IMG/VR virus record: IMGVR_UViG_3300021960_000018
Origin: a virus
Direction: 5' to 3' (one strand)
DNA length: 64,000 nucleotides
Of this stretch, positions 1-8,582 are shown in pieces (positions within the stretch are counted from its first letter, which is position 1; the number at the start of each line of letters is the position of its first letter). Below the pieces are notes generated by a model. It was not told the DNA's origin. It searched no databases and saw only the letters and a list, made by a program, of their open reading frames with translations. The position numbers and the translations under genes were made by a program.

Positions 1-11
1 GTATCTCCTTT

Positions 12-100
12 TTGATAATAGTAATATAATCATTCAGAGAAGCTTTGTTAACCCCCCTCCCCCCAACTTTTTTCACTTTTTTCTGATTTTTTTTCTTTTT
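12..100 (-). repeat. Early-promoter cassette copy, near-identical to 4708-4794
   Basis: Minus strand reads A-tract, GGGGGGTTAACA-N17-TATATTACTATTATCAA, then AAAGGAGATAC (SD). About 85 bp matches 4708-4794 with few mismatches. Confidence 0.8.
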
Positions 101-182
101 TTTCCTTAGCTTCCCGCTCTTCCCTGATCCTTCGAAGGATCCACTCGTGGTATCTTTCTTGATGTTCCATAGTACCTCCGCG

Positions 183-190
183 TATAAATA
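183..190 (+). promoter_or_regulatory. T4-type late promoter TATAAATA
   Basis: Exact T4 gp55 consensus upstream of the + strand genes at 262 and 590. Confidence 0.7.
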
Positions 191-261
191 CAGTTGGCAT
201 GACTTGGTCTCCTTAAATTATTCTTATACTATTACCTGAGTATAACAGAAAGGATATCAAC

Positions 262-603
262 ATGGCACCTCGCCAAAAAGAATCAAAATATGATCCTAAA
301 CATGCAGACCTCAATAATGACGGACTAGTCACTGAGGAAGAACTTCGCGTAAAAAAGATGATGCTCGAAATGGAAGACGAAGACGCTCAACGTGACGCGA
401 TTCGTAAGATGGCATGGTTTGCCTTGTTCGGATTGTTACTATACCCACTAGGGATTTTCGCAACGTCTTTCTTTGGTCTTGATACTGCAGCACAATTAAT
501 CGCAGATATTGCTCCAACTTACTTTGCATCGATTGCAGTTTTAGTTTCGGCATTCTTTGGAGCTGATGCTCTGAAAGGTAGAAGATCAAATGACGAAGAT
601 TAA
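262..603 (+). CDS. Small 2-TM membrane protein with EF-hand-like loop (possible holin-like protein)
   Basis: DLNNDGLVTEEE motif, two hydrophobic segments, SD AAGGA, late promoter upstream. Confidence 0.55.
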   Translation: MAPRQKESKYDPKHADLNNDGLVTEEELRVKKMMLEMEDEDAQRDAIRKMAWFALFGLLLYPLGIFATSFFGLDTAAQLIADIAPTYFASIAVLVSAFFGADALKGRRSNDED

Positions 604-1063
604 TACGAATGAGTACGATGTACATGTAGTCAAGATCGTCGATGGCGATACAGTAGATGTAGATATTGATCTAGGCTTTAGCATATGGCTAAAAGACGAA
701 CGAGTTCGTATTATGGGAATCGACACCCCCGAATCCCGTACAGCAGATCCAGTAGAAAAGCTATTCGGTCTTGCTGCTAAGAACCGTCTTTACCAATTAC
801 TTGAAAAAGATGCAAAGCTTATTACTACTGAAGATGCCAATGGCGAAGATATGAAAGGCAAATTTGGACGTATTCTTGGAGACTTCCGTGCAGCTGACGG
901 TCGTCTGGTAACTGAGATTATGATCGAAGAAGGACACTGTGTTCCTTATTTCGGTGGGGCAAAAGAAGACGTTCAAGCCCAACATATGGCAAACAGAGAA
1001 CGCCTACTAAACGAAGGCGTGGTATCTAGAGAAGAATACGAAGCGGCCAAAAATCAAGACTGA
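590..1063 (+). CDS. Thermonuclease (SNase-like) nuclease
   Basis: VDGDTVD, RVRIMGIDTPE and GKFGRILG motifs. Confidence 0.85.
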   Translation: MTKINTNEYDVHVVKIVDGDTVDVDIDLGFSIWLKDERVRIMGIDTPESRTADPVEKLFGLAAKNRLYQLLEKDAKLITTEDANGEDMKGKFGRILGDFRAADGRLVTEIMIEEGHCVPYFGGAKEDVQAQHMANRERLLNEGVVSREEYEAAKNQD

Positions 1064-1314
1064 TAGATCGATAGAAGGTGAGCTTCAAAAGCTTCTACCT
1101 TAGAAAGTCGATCGGGCCAAAGAATGTATTCTTTTTCAGGATTCTTCTTTAGATTCGTTAACAAACCTTGAATACTATTGTAGAGGCGGTCCAGCTTATC
1201 CTGGGTCGCCTCTGCTGTTGTTGATACTTCAGTTGCTGCAGCTTTTGCAGTTTGTACTGCAGTAAGTTCATCTTCATCTACTGCAGTAAAGCCAAAGTCG
1301 AAAATATCTGACAT
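1054..1314 (-). CDS. Conserved T4-like hypothetical protein
   Basis: ORF with SD AAGGA; FDFGFTAVDEDEL...NLKKNPEKEYILWP. Confidence 0.7.
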   Translation of the reverse strand: MSDIFDFGFTAVDEDELTAVQTAKAAATEVSTTAEATQDKLDRLYNSIQGLLTNLKKNPEKEYILWPDRLSKVEAFEAHLLSIYQS

Positions 1315-1333
1315 AGGTAATCCTTTTATAAGA

Positions 1334-1457
1334 GGTCAGTTTAATCACATGACCAGGTGATCGGGCCATACTCCGACCAGGGCGAGTTTTACATCTTCCC
1401 GAGATGACCCAGGTAGCGGCACCATCCGTTCAGTTGTTACGTGGGAACGGAACCACG
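1334..1457 (-). ncRNA. Putative structured RNA (two H-type pseudoknots and two hairpins) 3' of tRNA-CAT
   Basis: CGUGG/CCACG with CCGUUC/GAACGG; AUCAC/GUGAU with GGUCA/UGACC; hairpins CAUCU/AGAUG and GGUCGG/CCGAUC. Confidence 0.5.
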
Positions 1458-1460
1458 ATC

Positions 1461-1535
1461 TGGTACTCCCGATAGGACTCGAACCTATAACCTAGGCGTT
1501 ATGAGCGCCGAGCTCTACCGTTGAGCTACAAGAGT
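1461..1535 (-). tRNA. tRNA-CAT (Ile2 lysidine type or elongator Met)
   Basis: Cloverleaf, anticodon loop CTCATAA, GTTCGAGTC T-arm, encoded CCA. Confidence 0.9.
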
Positions 1536-1540
1536 ATATA

Positions 1541-1626
1541 TGGTGCGGGTGGAGGGACTTGAACCCCCACGCCTTTTGGGCGTCAGAACCTAAATCTGGT
1601 GCGTCTACCAATTTCGCCACACCCGC
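1541..1626 (-). tRNA. tRNA-Leu(TAG)
   Basis: Cloverleaf with long variable arm, loop TTTAGGT, CCA end. Confidence 0.93.
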
Positions 1627-1634
1627 ATATTTAA

Positions 1635-1925
1635 TTAGGTATCGCTATTACCAAAGAAGAAGTTGATAATAGTAGATACAGCAGTACCAAGCAAGAAGCC
1701 AAGAATAATATTGGCAAAGTTTTCACCTGACGCGGGGACTTCCATAAACGTGATAAGAAAAAAGTATACAACGCTGACAATCCCCCAAAACCAGGCAAAC
1801 CAGTAAGTAAAGTGTGAAGCGACTGGATCGCCTTTAGCCACAAGATTCGCATGAACATCCTGTGGATCTAGATCTTCGTTTTCCATTTTATTCCTTTCTA
1901 AATCAAACCAATCCAATGAGTACAA
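1635..1925 (-). CDS. 2-TM membrane protein, holin-like (start may be internal MENEDL)
   Basis: Two TM segments ending IINFFFGNS, a pattern seen in small phage holin-like proteins. Confidence 0.5.
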   Translation of the reverse strand: MYSLDWFDLERNKMENEDLDPQDVHANLVAKGDPVASHFTYWFAWFWGIVSVVYFFLITFMEVPASGENFANIILGFLLGTAVSTIINFFFGNSDT

Positions 1926-1988
1926 TCATCACAAGGATCATCCCAAAGAGACGGGATATTATCCTGCATTTATTTATGTATCCTTCTA

Positions 1989-2064
1989 TGGTGCCGGTTG
2001 AGAGACTCGAACTCCCGACCCACTGATTACAAATCAGTTGCTCTACCAGCTGAGCTAAACCGGC
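1989..2064 (-). tRNA. tRNA-Thr(TGT)
   Basis: Anticodon arm CTGAT-TTGTAA-TCAG, CCA end. Confidence 0.95.
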
Positions 2065-2070
2065 AAAAAT

Positions 2071-2147
2071 TGGTCTCGGTGGAGAGATTCGAACTCCCGA
2101 CCCATTGCTCCCAAAGCAATTGCGCTACCAGACTGCGCTACACCGAG
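2071..2147 (-). tRNA. tRNA-Pro(TGG)
   Basis: Anticodon arm TTGCT-TTGGGA-GCAA, CCA end. Confidence 0.95.
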
Positions 2148-2375
2148 TTATTTGGCATACATTTCAATCATATCGTCGATTAGATTACAAACAAATTCCA
2201 CATCGGTTTTGTTCATAGGATCTAATTCACCCTTATATATGCCATCAATAATAGCATCTTCAATATTCTCTCGGTTACACTTACCGTCCACAATTGGTCG
2301 ATGAAAATCGTTACGAAGAACATCGAAAGCCACAATACCTAGTTGAGAAGCAGTATTAAGTCCAATCATATTCAT
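2148..2375 (-). CDS. Hypothetical early protein (start MNMIGL)
   Basis: SD GGAGA directly downstream of the early promoter at 2391-2438. Confidence 0.6.
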   Translation of the reverse strand: MNMIGLNTASQLGIVAFDVLRNDFHRPIVDGKCNRENIEDAIIDGIYKGELDPMNKTDVEFVCNLIDDMIEMYAK

Positions 2376-2390
2376 AGCGGAATCTCCATT

Positions 2391-2438
2391 GTTGATAGTA
2401 GTAATATAATATATCAATCAACGTTTGTAAACCCCCCC
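2391..2438 (-). promoter_or_regulatory. Early promoter cassette
   Basis: GGGGGGGTTTACA-N17-TATATTACTACTATCAAC. Confidence 0.8.
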
Positions 2439-2457
2439 CTATGACATTTTCCTACTA

Positions 2458-2586
2458 TTATTTGGTAGAAGTGCTGGGAATTGAACGAAGTTCTTCTTGT
2501 CTTTGAAGAAGTTTTCTTTCTCTATCGTCTGTAATAGCGATATCCCATTGAATACGCCAGTATTCTTCTTTTTGTTCCTCAGACAT
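2458..2586 (-). CDS. 42-aa ORF (MSEEQKEEYW...IPSTSTK) whose 3' end is a tRNA 3'-end remnant
   Basis: SD GGAG; last codons GTTCAATTCCCAGCACTTCTACCA resemble a T-loop, acceptor strand and CCA. Confidence 0.5.
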   Translation of the reverse strand: MSEEQKEEYWRIQWDIAITDDRERKLLQRQEELRSIPSTSTK

Positions 2587-2607
2587 AAAAATCTCCGTTT
2601 TATTTAG

Positions 2608-2934
2608 TTATAGTCTATAATGGTTTGGTATTGCAAAATCTTTAAACTTTTCATCAATCAATGTCCAGGTCAAATTACTCAACTCTGGTCTGACGTATGT
2701 TTGAATGAATTCATCAACATCTCTAGTCAAGTTGATCGGAAGGTGTCGGTGATATCCATGCTCAATGTCGTAAAAGAATGTATGCATTACTGATGCACAC
2801 CCATGGCAGATCATTGCAAACACAGGATCAGAATCAACTCCTTCTAGATGTTTGTAGCAACGAGCACATTTTGGAAGATGTGCAACTGAAAAAACCTCAA
2901 CTGCTATATCTGGTATTCTTGGATCTCTATACAT
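2608..2934 (-). CDS. Zn-finger protein resembling the IleRS/FPG C-terminal finger
   Basis: KCARCY...ICHGC. Confidence 0.5.
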   Translation of the reverse strand: MYRDPRIPDIAVEVFSVAHLPKCARCYKHLEGVDSDPVFAMICHGCASVMHTFFYDIEHGYHRHLPINLTRDVDEFIQTYVRPELSNLTWTLIDEKFKDFAIPNHYRL

Positions 2935-2949
2935 ACAATTCCCCTTTTA

Positions 2950-3039
2950 TGGCGGATGGGGTGGGATTCGAACCCACGGTACGCTTCCACGCACGCTGCT
3001 TTTCAAGAGCAGAGCCTTAAACCACTCGGCCACCCATCC
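2950..3039 (-). tRNA. tRNA-Ser(TGA)
   Basis: Long variable arm, loop CTTGAAA, GCCA end. Confidence 0.93.
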
Positions 3040-3671
3040 TAAATTCTTCGAATCCCTAAAACTTTTCGAACCGGATATAGTTCGAAGGATATATTATTTC
3101 TTTGGTTGCCGCCCAGAATTTTATAATATTCTACACCACCCTGTTTTACAGTATTTATATAGAATCCTACATGGCCCTGCCAACCTTCATCCCCTCTTTC
3201 GAAGATAACAACATCGCCTATCCTCGGAGAATCTACTTCTGTTCCCCACTCTAAAAAGCTTTGAGCAAGTAAAGATCCTGTCCCTTCGATATTGTGCTGA
3301 TCTAGAATTATATTTACAAAAGCAGCACACCAAGCTACTCTTGTAGGATCTACCCCAAGAAGATCTGTTAACTCTCTTTTATCTGTTCTTTCATTTAATC
3401 CAATATATTGTATTGCAGTTAAAACCGGAGAATCTGTCACTTGTATTTCTATTACAGTTTCAGTCTCAATCACTGTTTCAGTTTTCAAAACCGTTTGAAT
3501 AATAACTTCAGGTTCTGGTACTGTTAATACTACACTCGGGGGATTGTAGATAGGTACAGTAAGTAATTCAAACCTATCGATAGGATTTTCCCGATTTATA
3601 TAACCTATAGAAAATCCTAAAGGAATTGTTAATAGCCCCACCAGGGGGAGATATTTAATGTCTACTTTCAT
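3039..3671 (-). CDS. TIGR02594-like NlpC/P60/CHAP-type cell-wall peptidase with N-terminal membrane anchor
   Basis: AWCAAFVN, GDVVIF, GHVGFY and ILGGNQ motifs. Start trimmed to MKVDIKY because the longer ORF overlaps tRNA-Leu. Confidence 0.8.
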   Translation of the reverse strand: MKVDIKYLPLVGLLTIPLGFSIGYINRENPIDRFELLTVPIYNPPSVVLTVPEPEVIIQTVLKTETVIETETVIEIQVTDSPVLTAIQYIGLNERTDKRELTDLLGVDPTRVAWCAAFVNIILDQHNIEGTGSLLAQSFLEWGTEVDSPRIGDVVIFERGDEGWQGHVGFYINTVKQGGVEYYKILGGNQRNNISFELYPVRKVLGIRRI

Positions 3672-3701
3672 AGTATTTTCCAATTTGTTTTTCATAACAA
3701 A

Positions 3702-3788
3702 TTGGTAGCCCCTGCCGGACTCGAACCGGCACGCCCGTACGGGCAAGAGATTTTAAGTCTCTAGTGTCTACCATTCCACCAAGGAGCC
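3702..3788 (-). tRNA. tRNA-Leu(TAA)
   Basis: Anticodon arm AGAGA-CTTAAAA-TCTCT, variable arm, CCA. Confidence 0.93.
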
Positions 3789-3791
3789 AAA

Positions 3792-3867
3792 TGGCGGTCC
3801 CGGAAGGATTCGAACCCTCGGCCAACCGCTTAGAAGGCGGTTGCTCTATCCACTGAGCTACGGAACC
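3792..3867 (-). tRNA. tRNA-Arg(TCT)
   Basis: Anticodon arm ACCGC-CTTCTAA-GCGGT, GCCA end. Confidence 0.95.
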
Positions 3868-3876
3868 AATCATTAT

Positions 3877-4293
3877 TTAGTAACGCATAAAAGTTAGCGT
3901 CATCGTACGGTCACCGCTTAAAAAGGTGATAGTACTGTAATCATAGATCAGATCTTGGACATTGTGATACTGTGTTACAGTTCTGCAATCCCGACGAGGG
4001 CCCTGATTCTTATCAGCAGCAATCATACCGCCAATAACGGCACCCGCCGCCGCGCCTTGATCTTGTCCAGTAGCACCTTTGCCAATCAGACCACCAATAA
4101 TGATCCCACCAAGAATATCTCCAGCAGATGCTCCGGTGCGATCCTGACATATAATCTGTTCGCTAGGAGTCCGAATGAGAGCTGTACGATAATAATCAGT
4201 AATAGTGGCTTCTACCTTAGTACGCTGAACTTCATCAGCAAGACCGGCCGAAGCTGACACTGCCATTGCTGCAGCAAGGATTAGCTTTTTCAT
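3877..4293 (-). CDS. Secreted glycine-zipper 2TM protein
   Basis: Signal peptide MKKLILAAAMAVSASAGLA; GGIIIGGLIG...GAAAGAVIGG; SD GGAGA. Confidence 0.75.
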   Translation of the reverse strand: MKKLILAAAMAVSASAGLADEVQRTKVEATITDYYRTALIRTPSEQIICQDRTGASAGDILGGIIIGGLIGKGATGQDQGAAAGAVIGGMIAADKNQGPRRDCRTVTQYHNVQDLIYDYSTITFLSGDRTMTLTFMRY

Positions 4294-4508
4294 TCGATAA
4301 TCTCCATTCCGTCTACGGGTTCTGACATGGTGCAACTATTTATGTAGTTGTCCCACCATTCTTCAATTGTCAGTCCAGATTCGAAAGCTAGGTTTGCGAT
4401 ATCTTGCTCGAATTCAGTCATCTTTACCGTATCCCATTACATTTTCAACGATGAAGGTCATAACTACCAATACTACGAAAAACACCGTACATCCAACTAC
4501 AGCACCCA

Positions 4509-4691
4509 TTATGCTGCCTCCTCTTCCATAAGTTTTTCGATCCGATCAGCGAGCTTCTCATAGTTCTCGGCCATGTAGCCGATCTCGGTCAGAATCCGGT
4601 CACGGTCATGAGCAAAGTTATGAGCCCGGCGCTGCATGCTGCGGAGGGTGTTAGCAACTTCGAGAGCAGATTGAATATCAAAGCCGTTCAT
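4509..4691 (-). CDS. Small hypothetical early protein (MNGFDIQ...)
   Basis: SD GAGGA after the early promoter. The longer ORF call runs through the promoter. Confidence 0.6.
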   Translation of the reverse strand: MNGFDIQSALEVANTLRSMQRRAHNFAHDRDRILTEIGYMAENYEKLADRIEKLMEEEAA

Positions 4692-4707
4692 GATGTATAT
4701 CCTCTTG

Positions 4708-4794
4708 TTGATAGTAGTAATATAATCATTCAAAGAAGCTTTGTAAATCCCCCTCCCCCAACTTTTTTTCATTTTTTTTGGATTTTTTTCTTTT
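4708..4794 (-). repeat. Early-promoter cassette copy, near-identical to 12-100
   Basis: GGGGATTTACA-N17-TATATTACTACTATCAAC with upstream A-tracts. Confidence 0.8.
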
Positions 4795-5136
4795 ATGCTT
4801 ATCTGCACCAGGTAAAGGCTTTCTTCCATCCCCGCCCTGATAGGTATGACGCAATTGGGCAAGTCCACCTTGAACCCGAGAAGGATATTGTCCTATAAAT
4901 GTTCCTGCCTCAAGCATATCTTCGTTGAGATAAGTTTTGTGAAAGTGTGTAAGTTTATCCCAATCCTTTAACATTCTTTTAGCCAGATGATCAAACATAT
5001 GATCTGTAAGGATTGGGCTATCTTCTACATAATATGCGTATGCTGCCATGAGATACCAAGGTATCATTAGATTTGGATTAGTATCACAGCAGTCTAGACA
5101 TTCATCGTCTAGTAGCTCTGATGTTAGAGACATCAT
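4726..5136 (-). CDS. Stand-alone NAD-dependent DNA ligase domain-Ia-like protein
   Basis: AYAYYVEDSPILTDHMFDHL resembles the LigA YY..D.P.+.D..YD motif. Confidence 0.6.
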   Translation of the reverse strand: MMSLTSELLDDECLDCCDTNPNLMIPWYLMAAYAYYVEDSPILTDHMFDHLAKRMLKDWDKLTHFHKTYLNEDMLEAGTFIGQYPSRVQGGLAQLRHTYQGGDGRKPLPGADKHKRKKSKKNEKKLGEGDLQSFFE

Positions 5137-5750
5137 TTTTTCTTTCCTTTGGGAACAACGACGACCTCACAGTTGCTAGGCAATTTGATCTTTGCATTGT
5201 CATGGAAGTGGTAAAGTACAAACTTAATATTTTTGAATTCATTCATCATATGAACCCAAATAGGTCGCCAGTTATTCGTTAACCTTGTATTGTTTTGGGC
5301 CGTACGGTCAGATCCAAGATAGAAGTCAGTTCCACTATATAGATCGAAGTCGAAAATAGAATCGAATCCGAACATGTGGATTTCTTCGGGTTTAAGCTTT
5401 TTACAGACGTAATAAGCGGCCATGTGTCCACAGTTAAAATCAGTATAATTTGCTACATAAGGAGGGAGATCGGTAAAAAATTCCTTGATCTGTGGCGCAT
5501 ACTTCATATAGAAAGCGGGGCGCATTTCACACCATTTCTTGGGTCTAAATCCGACGATCCATTCTCCCGGAATCTGCACGCTGCCTTCATTGATAGCATT
5601 CATCATTTTGAAGTCAACCATGAAAGTGGCTTTAGCTTCTGGGATATTGTATGACGGTAAGTTACAAGTGTAGGTAGTTCCTTTTCGATCAGATTGCTGG
5701 TATAAGACAGAGCTTTTACCATTACCAATAATATTTATCTTATTCGCCAT
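5133..5750 (-). CDS. Maf/DUF115/Cst-II-like protein (candidate CMP-ulosonate transferase)
   Basis: IIGNGKS, TCN and IHMFGFDS motifs. Confidence 0.5.
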   Translation of the reverse strand: MANKINIIGNGKSSVLYQQSDRKGTTYTCNLPSYNIPEAKATFMVDFKMMNAINEGSVQIPGEWIVGFRPKKWCEMRPAFYMKYAPQIKEFFTDLPPYVANYTDFNCGHMAAYYVCKKLKPEEIHMFGFDSIFDFDLYSGTDFYLGSDRTAQNNTRLTNNWRPIWVHMMNEFKNIKFVLYHFHDNAKIKLPSNCEVVVVPKGKKK

Positions 5751-6348
5751 TCTGAATCATCTCTTTAATTTGAATTTTACCTTTTGCTCCGGTCCAATGC
5801 ATAACCTTAATATTCTTAGGAGCAGTCTTATCTATAAGATCAATTCTAAGGGTATTATAAGATCTTGGTAAATCCGTAATATGAACCATACGTCTCATTC
5901 CATCCTTAACCATTTCATGTAATACCTCTTGATCACCTACCTGTGGATTACTAATACATGTCTGGGTCCATTCAGATAGAATAGTTGGTGCGCCTCCTTT
6001 AAAAGCTACTACTCCGCTATTGTGCCATTTCTCTCCTCGACGAGTTGACCAAGGTTTGTCTTCCACCATCGCTAATTTATTTGGCTCACAGTAGTTCCAA
6101 ATATCGCTAATGTCTGATCGAATTTCACAATCCGTATCTAACCAACAAACATTTTCAGCCATCTTTGCTGCTTCGAACATCGCGCCGGGTTTCTTAAACC
6201 ATCCTTTAGTCTGTTTAAGAAATACATCAAAGTCGAATACGTGCAGTTCAGCAGTTGGCATGCAATCATAGAATCTTTGCTTAAACCATTCTAGCTGCCA
6301 TCTGGTATTACTATCACAGCCAGTAATGAATAGATTAGATAATTTCAT
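5740..6348 (-). CDS. GT-A glycosyltransferase (GT8-like)
   Basis: WLDTD, NSGVV, GDQEVL, HWTG. Confidence 0.75.
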   Translation of the reverse strand: MKLSNLFITGCDSNTRWQLEWFKQRFYDCMPTAELHVFDFDVFLKQTKGWFKKPGAMFEAAKMAENVCWLDTDCEIRSDISDIWNYCEPNKLAMVEDKPWSTRRGEKWHNSGVVAFKGGAPTILSEWTQTCISNPQVGDQEVLHEMVKDGMRRMVHITDLPRSYNTLRIDLIDKTAPKNIKVMHWTGAKGKIQIKEMIQNGE

Positions 6349-6976
6349 AGGCAACCCCATAATTATGTTTAGCTAAGCATCCACGCTCATTCTGGATAGT
6401 CGTGAACGTATCTCTAGCTTCTACCGGCCACGGATAATATTCCTGAAGCCAGTTGAATCGATCCAGCCTTAAAAACACATCTGTGGGACCAGCTTCAGTT
6501 TTGGCCTTTTCGATTAACTGTGAAGCACCTGCAGGGGATACTTTATAAGCATGAGCGCCAGGAAAATACGGTTTACTAGTAAGAGGTCCAGCACCTAAGA
6601 AAGATGGGGTATTAAACTTACCATAAGAAGGTTTGCCATAAGAAATGCATCCGTTGAATGGAACTGACGGAATCTCAGATCGAATGACTGCATCGTGCTC
6701 AAAGATTAAAATATCCTCTGTGCTAATCAATGCCCTTTTCCACAGAAGATAATGGGAAAGGAATGCTGCCTTACAATTATCAGTTCTAGAATATACTTCT
6801 TCGAATCCATTCGGATTGATACCTTCATCCATCATCATCTGAATGATATTGGATTTAGGCGTAATGGCTGAGAACTTATGGATATCTAATCCAAAGTTCT
6901 TTCCAGAGCGAATGCAACGGTCAGCAACTTGTACTGACTTTTCGTTGTCCATAATTGTAATTACGAATGCTTTCAT
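6335..6976 (-). CDS. GT25-like glycosyltransferase
   Basis: AFLSHYLLW, IFEHDA, GAHAY; start MKAFVIT. Confidence 0.75.
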   Translation of the reverse strand: MKAFVITIMDNEKSVQVADRCIRSGKNFGLDIHKFSAITPKSNIIQMMMDEGINPNGFEEVYSRTDNCKAAFLSHYLLWKRALISTEDILIFEHDAVIRSEIPSVPFNGCISYGKPSYGKFNTPSFLGAGPLTSKPYFPGAHAYKVSPAGASQLIEKAKTEAGPTDVFLRLDRFNWLQEYYPWPVEARDTFTTIQNERGCLAKHNYGVAYEII

Positions 6977-7650
6977 TGGGTTGTAGTACTCCGTGTGCCT
7001 TGCACCTTCGTGTAATATGTTTTGGTTACACCGATATTTGGAATAAGCTGTCGACACATAATAGCATCATTAGGCCAGAGGCCACAGCCTTTTACAAGAG
7101 CCTTTAGATTCTTAGCTCCTTGTGGTTTAATTATATATGCAGAGTTACCTGCAAGACCTTGAGGAACTTTTTGGTCATCAATCCATGGTACTTGTAGGAA
7201 TCTACCACCAGACAATTGAATCTTATTATGGTAATCAGCAGATCGACGGGTGGCACCTCTAGGATCATTAATCCCGATTACATCATATGGTGCATCATTC
7301 GGATTGAAGTCGATATCTTTTAGAAATATGGCATCATGTTCTAGAATAACAATTGGCTCGTTAAGAGCCGAACACATTTGCCATAGAGTGTAATGGCTAA
7401 GAGCACAGGCAATGCGAGCTTTTCTATTCTTAGTAGGATAGGGGGATTTGTTTAATCCAGTAGCGATATCAAGGACTGGTTGATCCCATGGATAGTTCCA
7501 TTGGATCTCAAACATAGTAAGCAGACCGTCAACTTGATCCGGGGTGACCGCATCAAACCGCATAATGGTTTGGGTAGTACTCGACTGAAGCCTACGATAA
7601 GCGTCTTCAGATACAGTATTACCCTGTAGAACTATTGCGTAGTGTTTCAT
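6973..7650 (-). CDS. GT25-like glycosyltransferase
   Basis: ACALSHYTLW, ILEHDA, GNSAYII. Confidence 0.8.
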   Translation of the reverse strand: MKHYAIVLQGNTVSEDAYRRLQSSTTQTIMRFDAVTPDQVDGLLTMFEIQWNYPWDQPVLDIATGLNKSPYPTKNRKARIACALSHYTLWQMCSALNEPIVILEHDAIFLKDIDFNPNDAPYDVIGINDPRGATRRSADYHNKIQLSGGRFLQVPWIDDQKVPQGLAGNSAYIIKPQGAKNLKALVKGCGLWPNDAIMCRQLIPNIGVTKTYYTKVQGTRSTTTQ

Positions 7651-8581
7651 GATAATATTCCTTGTACCAATCTACAAAGTTTTTGACGCCAACACTAATC
7701 GGAGTAGTTGGCTTATATCCAAGTTTTTGTAGCTTAGTTGTATCACTCCAAGTTTCTTTTGCATCAGCTGGATGGGCAGGTTGAAAATCATATTCTGCTT
7801 TACCATTACCAAGATTCGATTCAATCTCATGAATGAAATCCATAAGATCTACTTGTTTTCCATAACCAATGTTATAAATGTCACGTTCTGTCATATTTTG
7901 TGATACCAAATAGATCCCCTGAACAATGTCATCAACATAGGTAAAATCTCGTTTCATATCGCCATTATTGTACACCGTAATTGGTTGGTTGTAAATCATC
8001 TTTTCGGTAAAAGTGAATAAAGCCATGTCCGGTCTACCCCAAGGTCCATAGACAGTAAAGAACCGAAGACCAACCGTATTTTTAATTTTAGAAACGTGGA
8101 ACTGTTGTTCGTTACAGGCTTTGGTGTAACCGTAAGGACTCAGGTGATTCTTAGCCATCATATCTTCAGTCCAAGGCACAGGACAACCTTGCATAACACA
8201 AGACGTAGATGCATAGATTACATTTTCAATTCCTGCTCGTTCACAGGCATTAATAAGATTCTGCGTACCTTTAATATTATTATCAATATAAGCGATAGGC
8301 TCTTCTAAGGATACCCTAACACCTGCTGATGCAGCAAGATGTATAACAAGGTCTGGCTTAAGCTTATGAAGATATTCGTGTACCTTACTACTATTTAAAT
8401 CGATAGTAGCTACTTCGATTCTAGCTTGGGCTCTTAGTTCACCCATACGATCGAACTTTAGATTGGGATCATAGTAAGGGTTATAATTATCGAATCCGTG
8501 AACCTGGTGACCCATTCTAGCAAAATGTAGTGCAGTATGATAACCAATAAATCCGGCGATGCCAGTGATTGCGATTTTCAT
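7619..8581 (-). CDS. NAD-dependent epimerase (UDP-glucuronate 4-epimerase-like)
   Basis: TGIAGFIG, HLAASAGVR, YGYTK, RFFTVYGPWGRPDMA. Confidence 0.92.
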   Translation of the reverse strand: MKIAITGIAGFIGYHTALHFARMGHQVHGFDNYNPYYDPNLKFDRMGELRAQARIEVATIDLNSSKVHEYLHKLKPDLVIHLAASAGVRVSLEEPIAYIDNNIKGTQNLINACERAGIENVIYASTSCVMQGCPVPWTEDMMAKNHLSPYGYTKACNEQQFHVSKIKNTVGLRFFTVYGPWGRPDMALFTFTEKMIYNQPITVYNNGDMKRDFTYVDDIVQGIYLVSQNMTERDIYNIGYGKQVDLMDFIHEIESNLGNGKAEYDFQPAHPADAKETWSDTTKLQKLGYKPTTPISVGVKNFVDWYKEYYHETLRNSSTG

Positions 8582-8582
8582 A

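Noticed and set aside
1426-1457. preQ1-I riboswitch or HDV-like theta ribozyme after the tRNA
   Set aside because: The P1/UUC loop resembles preQ1-I, but the loop-terminal C is fully paired with the tail, leaving no ligand pocket. An HDV nested double-pseudoknot could not be built. Kept only as an unassigned pseudoknot.
1998-3873. ORFs 1998-2183, 2778-3020, 3655-3873 and the N-terminal extension of 3039-3746
   Set aside because: They overlap clear tRNA genes.
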